Counted from the first letter of the stretch, positions 20,521 to 31,299 are shown. The stretch is DNA of 64,000 nt from an uncultured delta proteobacterium (GCA_963814585.1 CAWFDF010000008.1:192001-256000); one strand, 5' to 3'. Numbers and translations are program-made. Notes: generated by a model from the sequence alone, not told the origin.

Positions 20521-23064
20521 TCACGACCCCCGCAGCCACGCCCCCAGCGCCGGCCGCGCCCGCTCGGCCAGCGCGACGTCCTCGGCCAGCCGCTCCAGCG
20601 TCTGGGCCACCGCCGCCTTCACCGGCTCCACCGGCCTGGCGGCGTAGAAGGCCCGCGCCTCCTCGAGCTCTGCCCGGGTGGTGAGCAGCCCGGTCGCCTC
20701 GACCACCCGCCGCCAGAGCATCGGGGCGTTGGCCAGCCTCGAGGTCACCGCCGGCCACTCGGCCCGCAGCCTCGCCCAGGCTGGGCCGCGGGCCGCCGGG
20801 TTGGACAGCAGCCCCGCCGCGAACGACGCCCAGTCCTGCAGCGGCACGCCGTCGCCGAAGAGCAGGGCCAGCGACCGCTCCACCTGCTCGGGGGCCTCGA
20901 AGGCCGCCAGCCCCAGCAGCCATCGCCGGCGCCAGGCCGGATCGACCTCGCGCTCGAAGCGGTCCTTGAAGGCATCCCACCGCGCCGCATCCCCGCCGCG
21001 CGCCGCCAGGGTCACCGCCGCGTCGACCAGGTTGGGCTCCAGCGCGCCCCGGTCGCCACCGGCGAAGCGCCCGACGCGGGCCGAGGCCTCCTCGATCACC
21101 GCCTCGTCGCGCCCCCGCAGGCCCACCGCCCGGAGCAGCGCGGCGCGCCGCAGCCGGTCGACGTCGCCCTCCCCGGCCTGCGCATCCCAGCCGGCCGCCC
21201 GCCAGGCGGCGCCGTACCGATCGCGCACCAGCCTGGAGAACCGCGGCCGGTCGCCGGCCTCCAGCAGCCGGTGGTCGATGGTGCCGAGCCTGGCCACCAG
21301 CTCGTCGAGCACCGCGTGGTCGGTCTCGCCCTCGAAGGCCAGCGCCAGCGCCATCCAGGCCTCGATCGACCTCTCGCCGCAGCGGACCAGCGCCCACTCG
21401 TCGGCCAGCAGCCCGACCCGCTCCGACGGCGCCAGCTCCGCGAGGTTGGCGGCGAGCCGATCGCGCAGCGGCGCCTCGAGGGCGACCCGGTAGAACCCGG
21501 TGGCGCCGGCGTTGGCCACCAGCCAGGCGGGGGGCCCCTCCAGCGACACCGTCGCGGTCCCCTCGCGCAGCACCAGGCGCCGCTCGTGCACCTGCTCGCC
21601 GGCCCCGTAGCGCAGCACCACCGGCACCGGCCAGCGCGCCGCGGGCTCGGCGTCGCCGGGGCGGGAGAAGAAGCGGCGCTGCGTGAGCCGCACGCTGGCG
21701 CCGTCGAGCGTGACCGAGACCAGCGGATAGCCGGGCGAGTCGATCCAGGCCTCGGCCAGCTCCAGCACCGGCTCGCCGGAGGCCTCGCCGAGGGCGCGCC
21801 AGAGATCGGCCGCCACGGCGTTGCCGCGGGCGTGGCGCACCATGTAGCGGCGGATGCCGGCGCGGAAGCGCTCCCGGCCGAGGTAGCCCTCCAGCATCCG
21901 CAGCACCGCCCCGCCCTTCTGGTAGGTGATGAGGTCGAAGGCCTCGGTGGCCTCGGCCACGGTCCGGACCGGGGCGTGGACCGGGTGGGTGGAGCGGAGC
22001 GCGTCGAGCTCCAGCGCCGAGGCCTTCCCCTGGTCGAACTCCAGCCACATCCGCCAGTCCGGCCGCCAGTCGTCCACCACCAGGGCGGCGATCCAGGTGG
22101 CGAAGGCCTCGTTGAGCCAGAGGTCGTCCCACCAGGTCATGGTCACCAGGTTGCCGAACCACTGGTGGGACAGCTCATGGGTCACGACCTCCGCGATCCG
22201 CTTGCGCTGCGCCAGCGAGGCCGTGGCCGGGTCGAGCAGCAGCGCCACCTCGCGGTAGGTGATGAGGCCGGCGTTCTCCATGGCGCCGGCCTCGAACTCG
22301 GGGAGGCCGACCTGGTCGAGCTTGCCGAATGCGTAGGGCAAGCCGAAGTAGTCCTCCAGCCGCGGCAGCGCCGCCCCAGCCACCTCCTGGCCGAAGCCGA
22401 GCAGCGCCGCCTTGTCCGGGCTGCCCCAGGTGCGCGCCGGCACCCCGCGCACCTCGGCGGCGGAGCCGGAGGCCAGCGGCCCCACCACCAGCGCCACCAG
22501 GTAGGTGGGGAGCGGGGGCGTCTCGGCGAAGCGGTGCCGCCGGCGGTCCCCGGCGGCCTCCACCGACTCGACCGCGCCGTTGGAGAGCACCACCGCACTG
22601 GCCGGCGCCTCCACGGTGAGCCGCCACGGCGCCTTGAAGCCGGGCTCGTCGAGGCACGGAAAGACCCGCCGCGCGTCGGCGGCCTCGAACTGGGTCGCCG
22701 CCAGCCCCGGGCCGGCCAGGTAGAGGCCGCGCAGCCCGTCGCAGAAGCGCCCGGTCCAGGCCAGCCGCACCTGCACCGGCCCCGCCCGCAGCGGCCGGGC
22801 GAAGCCCAGCCGCACCGTCTCGCTCACCGCCACCGGCGTCACGGTGGCGGCCTGCTCGGCGCCGCCCGACTCGGCCACGGCGCGCGTCAGCTCGAGCCCG
22901 GTGGCGTGGAGGATCAGCTCCTTCGCGTCGCGCCCCAGCTGGAGGGACAGCGTCAGCTGCCCCTCGAAGCAGCGGCCCTCGACGTCGACCGAGAGGACGG
23001 CGTCGTAGCGGAGCGGGCGAACGTCGAGCGGGAGCCTGAAGGCGGCGTCGGAGATGGGGATCAT
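20521..23064 (-). CDS. M1-family aminopeptidase (aminopeptidase N / puromycin-sensitive type)
   Basis: TQFEAADARRVFPC.DEP, GAMEN, HELSHQWFGNLVT...WLNEAF (HExxH-18-E), ERAP1-like C-terminus. Confidence 0.93.
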   Translation of the reverse strand: MIPISDAAFRLPLDVRPLRYDAVLSVDVEGRCFEGQLTLSLQLGRDAKELILHATGLELTRAVAESGGAEQAATVTPVAVSETVRLGFARPLRAGPVQVRLAWTGRFCDGLRGLYLAGPGLAATQFEAADARRVFPCLDEPGFKAPWRLTVEAPASAVVLSNGAVESVEAAGDRRRHRFAETPPLPTYLVALVVGPLASGSAAEVRGVPARTWGSPDKAALLGFGQEVAGAALPRLEDYFGLPYAFGKLDQVGLPEFEAGAMENAGLITYREVALLLDPATASLAQRKRIAEVVTHELSHQWFGNLVTMTWWDDLWLNEAFATWIAALVVDDWRPDWRMWLEFDQGKASALELDALRSTHPVHAPVRTVAEATEAFDLITYQKGGAVLRMLEGYLGRERFRAGIRRYMVRHARGNAVAADLWRALGEASGEPVLELAEAWIDSPGYPLVSVTLDGASVRLTQRRFFSRPGDAEPAARWPVPVVLRYGAGEQVHERRLVLREGTATVSLEGPPAWLVANAGATGFYRVALEAPLRDRLAANLAELAPSERVGLLADEWALVRCGERSIEAWMALALAFEGETDHAVLDELVARLGTIDHRLLEAGDRPRFSRLVRDRYGAAWRAAGWDAQAGEGDVDRLRRAALLRAVGLRGRDEAVIEEASARVGRFAGGDRGALEPNLVDAAVTLAARGGDAARWDAFKDRFEREVDPAWRRRWLLGLAAFEAPEQVERSLALLFGDGVPLQDWASFAAGLLSNPAARGPAWARLRAEWPAVTSRLANAPMLWRRVVEATGLLTTRAELEEARAFYAARPVEPVKAAVAQTLERLAEDVALAERARPALGAWLRGS

Positions 23065-23068
23065 CGGG

Positions 23069-24046
23069 CTACTCCAGGGTCAGGATCTCGGCGCCGTCGT
23101 CCGTCACCAGCACGGTGTGCTCGAACTGGGCCGAGCGGAGCCCGTCGGCGGTGACCGCCGTCCAGCCGTCGCCCCAGATGGCGTCGTCCCAGTGGCCCTC
23201 GGTGATCATCGGCTCGATGGTGAAGGACATCCCCGGCTCCATGACCTGCCGGGCGCGGGGATCGACGTGGTGCGGGATCTGCAGCGCGGTGTGGAAGGTC
23301 TCGCCGATGCCGTGGCCGCAGTAGGAGCGGACCACGCCGAAGCCGGAGGCGGTGGCGTGCGGCTCGATGGCCCGGCCGATGTCGCCGACCGGCCGGCCCG
23401 GCCTGACGGCCGAGATGCCGCGCTCCAGGCACTCCCGCGCCACCCGCACCAGGCGCCTCCCGGCCTCGTCCACCTCGCCGACCAGGAAGGTGGCGGAGCA
23501 GTCACCGTGCATGCCGTCGAGCCAGATGGTGATGTCGAGGTTGACGATGTCGCCGTCGCCGAGCGGCCGGCTGTCGGGGATGCCGTGGCAGATCACCTCG
23601 TTGGGCGACGTGCAGATCGACTTGGGGAAGCCGCGGTAGTTGAGCGGGCTGGGGTAGCCGCCCAGGCGGATGATCTCCTCGTGGCAGACCGCGTCGAGCT
23701 CGTCGGTGGTGACGCCGACGCGGACCGCCTCGCCCCCGATCCGGAGCACCCGGGCGGCGGCCCGGCAGGCACGGCGCAGCCGGACCTGCTCCTCGGGCGA
23801 CTTGACGTCCCGCCCCTGCCCTCTGGGGCGGCCTGTGAGGGCGTAGTCGGGGCGCGGGATGGCCTCCGGGACGGCCCGGGCCGGCGTGACCCGCCCTGGT
23901 CGCAGCGCCGCCCGCCCCGCACGCCGAGCAGGGACGGTGCGGCCGTCCTGGTCGGAGCCGAGGTGGCACTTCTTGTACTTCTGGCCGCTGCCGCACCAGC
24001 AGAGCTCGTTGCGGCCCGGCCTGGCTCCCTGGGCGGGCTCGGTCAT
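23069..24046 (-). CDS. map: Type I methionyl aminopeptidase with N-terminal SEC-C motif
   Basis: GRNELCWCGSGQKYKKCH; FPKSICTSPNEVICHGIP, HGD, GHGIG, FTIEPMI, SAQFEHT. Confidence 0.93.
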   Translation of the reverse strand: MTEPAQGARPGRNELCWCGSGQKYKKCHLGSDQDGRTVPARRAGRAALRPGRVTPARAVPEAIPRPDYALTGRPRGQGRDVKSPEEQVRLRRACRAAARVLRIGGEAVRVGVTTDELDAVCHEEIIRLGGYPSPLNYRGFPKSICTSPNEVICHGIPDSRPLGDGDIVNLDITIWLDGMHGDCSATFLVGEVDEAGRRLVRVARECLERGISAVRPGRPVGDIGRAIEPHATASGFGVVRSYCGHGIGETFHTALQIPHHVDPRARQVMEPGMSFTIEPMITEGHWDDAIWGDGWTAVTADGLRSAQFEHTVLVTDDGAEILTLE

Positions 24047-24093
24047 GACAGGGGTTTATGGCCGGACGGCCCGCGGGGCAAGGCGATGACCCC

Positions 24094-26313
24094 TCAGGCC
24101 GCGCGGCTCCCGCTCAGGCGGATGAGCTCGGCCAGCACGCCGCCGGCGGTGAGCGGGCCACCCACGCCCGCGCCCTGGACCAGCAGCGGCCGCTCGGCAT
24201 GGCGGGCGGTGGTGAAGGCCACGAAGGCCTCGACGCCGACCAGCCTCGCCGCCGGGTGGTTGGCGTCGACCGCCCGGGGCCCGACCCGTATCGAGGCCCG
24301 GCCGCCGGGCCCCGGCTCGATGGTCACGAGGTAGCGCAGGGCCTTCCCCTCCCCGCGCAGCCGCTCCACCTCGGCGGCCAGCACCGCGTCGTGCCGGCGC
24401 AGCGAGGCGATCAGCTCGACCGGCGTGAGCAGGTTGGGGGGGAGGAACGGCTCGACCACCACGTCGGCCAGCTCCACGTCGAGGCCCGCCTCCCTCGCCA
24501 GGATGAGCGCCTTCCGGGCCGAGTCGAGGCCGGAGAGATCGTCCCGGGCGTCGGCCTCGGTGTATCCGAGCCCCACCGCCCAGCGGGTCGCCATGGAGAG
24601 CGGCACGCCCTTCTGCACCTCGCTGGCGAGGTAGCCCAGGGTCCCGGACAGCGCCCCCTCGATCCGGAGGATCCGGTCACCGGCCTGCACCAGCTTGCGC
24701 AGGGTGTCGAGCACCGGGAGGCTGGCGCCCACCGCGGTGTCGTAGGCGAAGTGGCGGTGGTGCTGCCGGCGGGCCTCGCGCAGCTCCCGCGCCCGCCTCG
24801 CCGGCGCCGCCAGCGGGAGCTTGTTGGCCGCGATGACGTCGATGCCGCGCCGGAAGGCCTGCTGGTAGATCTCGTCCATCCCCTCGGCCGCGGTCAGGTC
24901 GATCAGCACCGGGTGCGGCAGCCTCGCCAGCCGGTCGAGCAGCGCCGGCGCCCGGGCGGCGTCGACGGGCCCGGTCTCGGGGGCCTCCGCCAGCCTTTCC
25001 CTCCACGCCGCCAGCTCCACGCCGCGCTCGTCGAACAGCGTGGCGCGCCGGTCGGCCACCCCGGCCAGGCGGAGCACCAGGTCGTGATCGGCCTCGAGCG
25101 AGCCGCGCAGCGCCGCCAGCTGGTCGAGGAGCGCCCCCCCCACCTTCCCCTTTCCCAGCACCAGCAGCGACATCCCCTTCCCGGCGTAGGCCCGCTCCAC
25201 GGCGTCGCCACTGGCCGCCTGTGCCGTCCGGCCGCGGAACTCGGCCACCAGGTCGGAGAGCCGATCGACGTCGATGAGGAAGGCGTCGTGGCCGTGCGGC
25301 GAGTCCATCACCGCGAGCCGGGCCCCGGGCACCAGCCGCGCCACCTCGCGCTGCTCGGCCGGCCAGTAGAGGATGTCGGAGTCGATGGCCACCACCAGGG
25401 TGCGGGGACGGACGCCGCGCAGCACCTCGTCGAAGTCGCCGCGCCCGCGGCTGACGTCATGGGTGTCCATGGCCCGGGTCAGCGTCACGTAGCTGGCCGG
25501 GTCGAAGCGGTCGACCAGCGCCCGCCCCTGGTGGTGCAGGTAGCTCTCGATGGCGAACTGGCCGGCCGACTGCGAGCGCCGGCCGAACCGCTCCTCGAAG
25601 GACGGGAAGCTCCGGTAGGAGAGCATCGCCATCATGCGGGCGGCGGAGAGGCCGGCGCTGGGTGGATCGGCCGCGTCGTAGTCGCCGCCGCGCCAGCGCG
25701 GGTCGGCGAAGATGGCCTGGCGCTGGGCCTCCCCCAGGCCGATGGCCCAGGCCGAGTGTCGCGCGGTGGAGGCGATGAAGACCTGGGCCTCGACCAGCTC
25801 CGGGTGGAGCAGGCCCCACTCCAGCACCTGCATGCCTCCCAGCGAGCCGCCGATCACCAGCTTGATCCGCTTCACCCCCAGCGCCACCGCCAGCCGGTGC
25901 TGGACGCCGATCATGTCCCGGACGGTGATGGCGGGGAAGGCGCCGTGCCAGGGGCGGCCGGTGGCGGGATCGGGATCGGCCGGGCCGGTGGTGCCGTAGC
26001 AGCTGCCGAGGATGTTGGAGCAGAGGATGAAGTCGCGCGCCGGATCGAGCGCCCGCCCCGGCCCGAACATGCGCGTCCACCAGCGGTCGGCGTCCGCCGA
26101 GCCGGTCAGGGCGTGGCAGATGACCACCGCGTTGGCGCCGTCGGCGTCGAGCTCGCCCCAGCTCCGCCAGGCCACCCGGACGGCGGGGAGCGTGCCGCCC
26201 AGCTCCAGCGGGAATGGACCCGGGAGCTCGAGGACGCGGGTCTCCGGGGCGGCGAAGCCGGCTCGTCCGGCGCCGGGGGCCGGGCGACCGGCGCTGGTGG
26301 ACGTGTCCGTCAT
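24094..26313 (-). CDS. metX: Homoserine O-acyltransferase (MetX) fused to homoserine dehydrogenase
   Basis: N-terminal CHALTG, GGSLGGM nucleophile, HGHDAFL; C-terminal [40 protein letters not shown]. Confidence 0.9.
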   Translation of the reverse strand: MTDTSTSAGRPAPGAGRAGFAAPETRVLELPGPFPLELGGTLPAVRVAWRSWGELDADGANAVVICHALTGSADADRWWTRMFGPGRALDPARDFILCSNILGSCYGTTGPADPDPATGRPWHGAFPAITVRDMIGVQHRLAVALGVKRIKLVIGGSLGGMQVLEWGLLHPELVEAQVFIASTARHSAWAIGLGEAQRQAIFADPRWRGGDYDAADPPSAGLSAARMMAMLSYRSFPSFEERFGRRSQSAGQFAIESYLHHQGRALVDRFDPASYVTLTRAMDTHDVSRGRGDFDEVLRGVRPRTLVVAIDSDILYWPAEQREVARLVPGARLAVMDSPHGHDAFLIDVDRLSDLVAEFRGRTAQAASGDAVERAYAGKGMSLLVLGKGKVGGALLDQLAALRGSLEADHDLVLRLAGVADRRATLFDERGVELAAWRERLAEAPETGPVDAARAPALLDRLARLPHPVLIDLTAAEGMDEIYQQAFRRGIDVIAANKLPLAAPARRARELREARRQHHRHFAYDTAVGASLPVLDTLRKLVQAGDRILRIEGALSGTLGYLASEVQKGVPLSMATRWAVGLGYTEADARDDLSGLDSARKALILAREAGLDVELADVVVEPFLPPNLLTPVELIASLRRHDAVLAAEVERLRGEGKALRYLVTIEPGPGGRASIRVGPRAVDANHPAARLVGVEAFVAFTTARHAERPLLVQGAGVGGPLTAGGVLAELIRLSGSRAA

Positions 26314-26354
26314 AGTGGAGGCGCGGCGAAGATAACGGCGCCTCGCCAGGGGTG

Positions 26355-26873
26355 TCAAGAACGGGCGCCGACCCCCCGCCGAGCGGGCTTCCGGCGGACG
26401 AAGCGGGCCACCAGGAGGTCGGCCAGCCCGGCGAGCCGGTCCGCGTCGAAGCGCGGCAGCGCCCGCGGCGGCGCCTCGTCGCTCACCACCGCGAAGACGC
26501 GTCGATCGGTGGCGCACAGGAAGGCCCGGGCCACGCCGCGCCGGTGGACCTCGATCCGGGGCAGCGGCTCTCCCCGCCACCCCTCCGCGAGCACCAGGTC
26601 GCAGGCCGGCAGCAACCGGGCCAGCGCTCGCGCTCCACCGGCCGGCGGCCCGAAGAGGGCCATCCCGCGCGGACCCTCGATGGCCGCGGCCACGGCCCCG
26701 GCGCGCCGGAGCACCTCGGTGTCCTTGCCTGGTGCGTCGAAGGCGTGGAGGTGGCCCGTGTGCTTGATGACCGCCACGCTCACGCCGCGGCGGCGCAGCA
26801 ACGGGATGAGCCGCAGCAGCGCCCTGGTCTTCCCGGCGCCACTCGGGCCCGTGACCGCCACGATGGGCGTCAC
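26355..26873 (-). CDS. mobB: Molybdopterin-guanine dinucleotide biosynthesis protein B
   Basis: [41 protein letters not shown] start at 26873. Confidence 0.88.
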   Translation of the reverse strand: MTPIVAVTGPSGAGKTRALLRLIPLLRRRGVSVAVIKHTGHLHAFDAPGKDTEVLRRAGAVAAAIEGPRGMALFGPPAGGARALARLLPACDLVLAEGWRGEPLPRIEVHRRGVARAFLCATDRRVFAVVSDEAPPRALPRFDADRLAGLADLLVARFVRRKPARRGVGARS

Positions 26874-27060
26874 CGCGCGTCGTCGAGCAGCCACGCCGTC
26901 ACCTCCTCGCCGCCATCCGGACGCTCTCGACGGGCCTCGTCCCACCGCGAGAGCGGACCCGGTCGCCGGTGATCTCGAACGCCTCCGGTGGGACCTCCTC
27001 CGAAGGGCGTGGGGACGGCGTCGCGATGAGCTGGTCGCGGATCGCGAGGAGCCGCTTCAC
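26870..27060 (-). pseudogene. Small hypothetical ORF with an apparent 1-bp frameshift near 26950
   Basis: [15 protein letters not shown]...GDRVR continues in another frame as [26 protein letters not shown], whose TGA overlaps the mobB GTG. Confidence 0.35.
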
Positions 27061-27123
27061 GGGGCCAATCATGCCACGCGGTCGGCGGCCTGCCGGACCC
27101 GCAATGATTGCGCCTGGGTAGGC

Positions 27124-27161
27124 TTGATCCGGGGCAAGGCGCAACCGGTGCACCAGATCAA
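27124..27161. promoter_or_regulatory. Two degenerate FNR/CRP-family boxes upstream of the Fnr-like gene
   Basis: TTGATCCGGGGCAA (27124-27137) and GTGCACCAGATCAA (27148-27161) in an AT-richer intergenic region. Confidence 0.45.
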
Positions 27162-27247
27162 GTGGATTCCTTTTAACATTTCACGGGCCTACCTCATGCA
27201 AAGAGAGTACGGTCAAGTCGCTCAGGATCTTCTTCCCAGGAGTTGCC

Positions 27248-27919
27248 ATGCTCTCGAAGCAACCGGTCACCGACTGCAGCTGCTGCAGCTTCGGCATCGC
27301 CTCCCAGATGAGCACTCCCCAGGGGAAGTGCCGGCTCACCCCGGCGACCAGGGAGCCGGGCTCCACCATCTGCGCCCAGGGGGAGCGCCCCCGGACCGTC
27401 TTCTTCGTGAAGGAGGGGGTGGTCGCCCTCTCGTCCGTCAGCCCGAAGGGGGCCGAGCTGGCCCTGACGCTGCGCGGGCCCACCGCGCTGCTGTGCACCG
27501 AGGCGCTCCAGGGCGAGGCCTCGCCGTTCGAGGTCCGAGCGCTCTCCCGGGTGCGGCTCTGCGGGATCAGCGGCGAGGCCCTCTCCCAGTGGGTCGGCCC
27601 GGAGAAGGGCGCCTCGCGCGTGGTGCTGGAGCTGCTCCTCACCGAGGCGCGCCAGCAGCGCGACGAGGTCAACTGGCGGCAGGGGGATTGCCTCGCCCGC
27701 GTGGCGCGGTTCGCGCTGGCGCACGCCCGCTTCCTCGCCGATCGGCCCAACGCCGTGAGGAAGCAGGTGGTGGCGCGGTTGCTCGGCATGCGGCCGGAGA
27801 CCCTCTCCCGCTGCCTGACCCGGCTCGAGGCGGAAGGGCTGATCGACGCCTCTCGCGGCGTCCGCGTCCTCGACGCCGGCCGGCTGGCGACGGTGGCGGC
27901 CGAGGAGCAGGCGGCGTAG
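27248..27919 (+). CDS. Crp/Fnr-family transcriptional regulator with N-terminal Cys cluster
   Basis: CSCC...C N-terminus, cNMP-like domain ([13 protein letters not shown]), HTH with PETLSR. Confidence 0.88.
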   Translation: MLSKQPVTDCSCCSFGIASQMSTPQGKCRLTPATREPGSTICAQGERPRTVFFVKEGVVALSSVSPKGAELALTLRGPTALLCTEALQGEASPFEVRALSRVRLCGISGEALSQWVGPEKGASRVVLELLLTEARQQRDEVNWRQGDCLARVARFALAHARFLADRPNAVRKQVVARLLGMRPETLSRCLTRLEAEGLIDASRGVRVLDAGRLATVAAEEQAA

Positions 27920-27990
27920 GCTCGAGCGGAAGACAGCCTCGGCGGTTCTGGTGTAGAAAGGCCACCGACGCGGTCCACGGGAGCAGCCAC

Positions 27991-28182
27991 ATGTTCGGTC
28001 TCAGAATGCCGGAGCTGCTGATCATCGGGTTCATCCTGGTGCTGCTGTTCGGCGCCAGCAAGCTGCCGGCCCTCGGGGCCGGGCTGGGCCAGGGGATCCG
28101 CAGCTTCAAGAAGTCGTTCGGCGGCGATGACGAGAAGGACAAGAAGGACCCGCCCGCCAGCGAGCCGCCCGCCAAGGCCTAG
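27991..28182 (+). CDS. tatA: Twin-arginine translocase TatA/E subunit
   Basis: [37 protein letters not shown]. Confidence 0.93.
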   Translation: MFGLRMPELLIIGFILVLLFGASKLPALGAGLGQGIRSFKKSFGGDDEKDKKDPPASEPPAKA

Positions 28183-28249
28183 GGCCGCGCCCATGGCAAG
28201 ATGCCTGCAGCGAGAGCCGGTCCTCTCGCTGCGGCAGGCGGCCTCGTCG
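28180..28249. mobile_element. Truncated copy of MITE-like family (one end only)
   Basis: TAGGGCCGCGCCCATGGCAAGATGCCTGCAGCGAGAGCCGGTCCTCTCGCTGCGGCAGGCGGCCTCGTCGG matches the left part of the 56675 copy; begins at the tatA TAG stop. Confidence 0.7.
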
Positions 28250-28297
28250 GGCTGCCTCGGTTGACTCCCGGCCCCACGCTCCATAGATCTGCACGCC

Positions 28298-29434
28298 ATG
28301 CCGGCGAAGGTCTTCCACGAGCTGCAGCGCTACGTCCAGTTCGGAGAGGACGAGGAGCGCCGGCTCCGCGCCCTCCACCGGCTGGTGGCGCCGTCGTTCC
28401 AGGAGGTCGCCGAGGCCTTCTACGCCCGCATCCTCATGCACGAGGAGGCCACCCGCGTCCTGCAGGGCGGCGAGAGCCACGTCGGGCGCCTCAAGGGGAC
28501 GCTGGTGGCCTGGCTCGACACCATGCTGCTCGGCCCGTGGGATGACGCCTACTGGGAGCACCGCAAGCGGATCGGCCAGGTGCACGTCCGCATCGGGATG
28601 CCCCAGCACCTCATGTTCGGCGCCATGAACGTGGTCCGCGGCGAGCTCGACCGCCTGGCCGTGGCGCGGCTCCCGGCCGGGCCCGAGCTGGAGGCCACCC
28701 GCGCCGCCGTCGGGAAGATCCTCAATCTCGAGCTGGCGGTCATGCTCCACACCTATCGCGACGACCTGCTCGCCCAGCAGGCCCGCGTCGAGCGGCTCAG
28801 CACCTTCGGGCAGCTGGTGGCCTCCATCGGCCACGACCTGCGCAACCCGCTCGGCGTCATCGAGAGCTCGCTCTTCATCCTGCGGGGCCGCCTCGGCGAG
28901 GACGAGAGGGCCAGGAAGCACGCCGACCGGATCGGAGAGCAGGTCGACATCGCCAACGGGATCATCACCAACCTGCTCGACATGGTCCGCAACAAGCCGC
29001 TGGCCCGCGAGCCGGTGCAGCTCGCCGAGGTGGTCGAGGCGGCGCGCCGGGCCCTCACCTGGCCCGCCGCGGTGAAGGTGGAGCTGGCCGGGCTCTCCGG
29101 GCTGCCGGCCGTGGAGGGCGATGCCGGGCAGCTGCGCCAGGTGCTGGTCAACCTGCTGGAGAACGCGCTCCACGCCGCGTCGCCCGCCGGGACGGTCACG
29201 GTGAGGGGCCGGCAGGAGCCCGGCGTGCTGGCGGTGGACGTCGACGACACCGGGCCGGGCGTCGATCCGGCCACGCGGCGGCGGCTCTTCGAGCCGCTCA
29301 TCACCACCAAGGCCCGGGGCGTCGGCCTCGGCCTGGCGCTCTGCAAGCGGATCGCCGAGCGGCACGGCGGCGACATCTCCTACGCCGATCGCGAGGGCGG
29401 CGGAGCCCGCTTCACGCTGCGCCTCCCGGCCTGA
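28298..29434 (+). CDS. Globin-coupled (protoglobin) O2-sensing histidine kinase, GcHK-like
   Basis: Globin domain ([14 protein letters not shown] with proximal His) plus GHDLRNP H-box and N/G1/F/G2 boxes; closely recalls Anaeromyxobacter AfGcHK (from memory). Confidence 0.88.
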   Translation: MPAKVFHELQRYVQFGEDEERRLRALHRLVAPSFQEVAEAFYARILMHEEATRVLQGGESHVGRLKGTLVAWLDTMLLGPWDDAYWEHRKRIGQVHVRIGMPQHLMFGAMNVVRGELDRLAVARLPAGPELEATRAAVGKILNLELAVMLHTYRDDLLAQQARVERLSTFGQLVASIGHDLRNPLGVIESSLFILRGRLGEDERARKHADRIGEQVDIANGIITNLLDMVRNKPLAREPVQLAEVVEAARRALTWPAAVKVELAGLSGLPAVEGDAGQLRQVLVNLLENALHAASPAGTVTVRGRQEPGVLAVDVDDTGPGVDPATRRRLFEPLITTKARGVGLGLALCKRIAERHGGDISYADREGGGARFTLRLPA

Positions 29435-29449
29435 GCGCCCTCCCCGCCC

Positions 29450-30160
29450 ATGCGCCGCTACCTGATCGTCGACGACAACCTCGAGTTCGCCGAGAACCTC
29501 GCCGAGATCCTCCGCGACCTGGGGGCCGAGGCGGACCTCGCCGGGAGCGGCGCCGAGGCGCTGGGCCTGGTGGAGCGGGGCCGCTACCACGCGCTGCTCA
29601 CCGACATGCGGATGCCGGGGATGGGCGGCGCCGAGGTGGTCCACGAGGTGCGGCACCTCGATCCCGGGCTGGCGGCCCTGGTGGTCACTGCCCACGTCGC
29701 CGACGACGCGCTGGAGGCGGCGCGGCGCGAGGGACTGCTGGCGGTCCTCGCCAAGCCGGTGCCGATCGGGCCGCTGCTCGAGCTGCTCGGCGCGGCCCGG
29801 CGCGACGGCCTGGTGGCGGTCATCGAGGACGACCAGCGGCTCTCCGACAACCTCTGCGAGGTCCTCAGGAGCCGCGGGTTCGCCGCCGTCACCGCCGCCT
29901 CGGTGCTGGAGACCCAGCGGCTCGGCCCGGTGCGGCCGTTCTGCGCGCTGGTCGACCTGCGCGTGCCCGGCGGCCCCGACGGCGAGGCCATGCGCCGGCT
30001 CGGGGAGCGGTACCCGGGCCTGCCCATGCTGATCATGACGGGCGTCCACGACGGGCCGGTCCCGGGCACGCCGGCCTTCTTCAAGAAGCCGTTCGACACC
30101 GCCGCGCTGCTGGCCGCCGTCGAGCGCCTCCACGCCTCGCAGCCAGGGGCACCGCCGTGA
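29450..30160 (+). CDS. Response regulator with two receiver domains
   Basis: IVDD..TDMRMPG..KP and IEDD..VDLRVPG..KP; no output domain. Confidence 0.87.
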   Translation: MRRYLIVDDNLEFAENLAEILRDLGAEADLAGSGAEALGLVERGRYHALLTDMRMPGMGGAEVVHEVRHLDPGLAALVVTAHVADDALEAARREGLLAVLAKPVPIGPLLELLGAARRDGLVAVIEDDQRLSDNLCEVLRSRGFAAVTAASVLETQRLGPVRPFCALVDLRVPGGPDGEAMRRLGERYPGLPMLIMTGVHDGPVPGTPAFFKKPFDTAALLAAVERLHASQPGAPP

Positions 30161-31290
30161 TCGAGCCCTCCCCGCGCCGGCCGCGAGTCCTGCTGGTCGA
30201 CGACAACTCCCCGCTGGTGGAGAACCTGCGCGAGATCCTCGAGGAGGCCGGCTACGCGGTCCACTCGGCCGGGTCCTGTGCCGGCGCGCTGCCGCTGGCC
30301 GCCGAGGGGTTCGACGTGGCGCTGGTGGACCTGAAGCTCCCCGACGGGGACGGCACCGCGCTGGCGCCCCGGCTCAAGGAGCTGAGCCCGACCGGCGAGG
30401 TGGTGCTGCTGACCGGCTTCGCCACCCTGGAGTCGGCGGTGGCGGCGGTGCGGGCCGGCGCCTGCGCCTACCTGGTGAAACCGTGCGCCACCCAGGAGCT
30501 GCTGGTGACCGTGGAGCAGGCCATGCGGCAGGTGCGGCTGCACGGCGAGAAGCAGGCGCTGGCCCACAAGGCCCAGATGGCCGAGAAGCTGGCCGCCGTC
30601 GGCACCATGACGGCCGGCCTCTCCCACGAGATCCGCAACCCGCTCAACGCCGCCCTCCTGCAGCTCACCGTGCTGGAGCGGCGCATCCAGCGCCTGGCGG
30701 CCGACCTGCATCCTCCCCTGCTCGAGCCGCTGGTGCTGGTGAAGGACGAGATCCGGCGGCTCGACCACATCCTCGAGGACTTCCTGCAGTTCGCCCGGCC
30801 GCGCGTGTTCGTGCCCCGGCCGGTCGACCTGTGCCAGGTGGTCTCCCGGGTGCTCGACCTGCTCTCGGGCGAGGCCGAGCGGCGCGCCATCCGCCTGGTG
30901 CGGGAGCTCGCGCCCAATCCGGGGGGCACCCGCGTGGCCGGGGAGGAGGAGCGCCTCCGCCAGGTGCTGGTCAACCTCACCATCAACGCCATGGAGGCGA
31001 CCCCCGAGGGCGGCCAGGTGCGGGTGCGCTGCCTGCCCGAGGCGCCGGACCCGGCGCTGGGCGAGCGCGGCACCAGCGTGGTGGTGGCCATCGAGGACTC
31101 CGGCCCGGGCGTCCCGGCGGCCCTGCGCGACCGGATCTTCGAGCCCTTCTTCACCACCAAGGCCAAGGGCTCCGGGCTGGGACTCTCAATCGTCCACGCC
31201 ATCGTGTCGCAGCACGGCGGGACCATCTCGGTGGAGGACGCCCCGGGAGGCGGGGCCCGCTGCCAGCTTCGCCTTCCGCGGCTCGGCTGA
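30157..31290 (+). CDS. Hybrid receiver-histidine kinase
   Basis: N-terminal REC (VDLKLPDGDG), SHEIRNPL, DSGPG, FEPFFTTK, GSGLGL. Confidence 0.9.
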   Translation: MIEPSPRRPRVLLVDDNSPLVENLREILEEAGYAVHSAGSCAGALPLAAEGFDVALVDLKLPDGDGTALAPRLKELSPTGEVVLLTGFATLESAVAAVRAGACAYLVKPCATQELLVTVEQAMRQVRLHGEKQALAHKAQMAEKLAAVGTMTAGLSHEIRNPLNAALLQLTVLERRIQRLAADLHPPLLEPLVLVKDEIRRLDHILEDFLQFARPRVFVPRPVDLCQVVSRVLDLLSGEAERRAIRLVRELAPNPGGTRVAGEEERLRQVLVNLTINAMEATPEGGQVRVRCLPEAPDPALGERGTSVVVAIEDSGPGVPAALRDRIFEPFFTTKAKGSGLGLSIVHAIVSQHGGTISVEDAPGGGARCQLRLPRLG

Positions 31291-31299
31291 GCGGCCGGC

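Noticed and set aside
26314..26354. SAM riboswitch ahead of metX
   Set aside because: Only about 40 bp separate mobB and metX; no SAM-I/II core motifs
24058..28182. Very long six-frame ORFs (1374 aa here; also 49161..52565, 49589..52576 and the long N-extensions of speA, kbl, M16 and HD ORFs)
   Set aside because: Shadow frames caused by high GC and strong codon bias; they overlap well-supported genes and lack motifs
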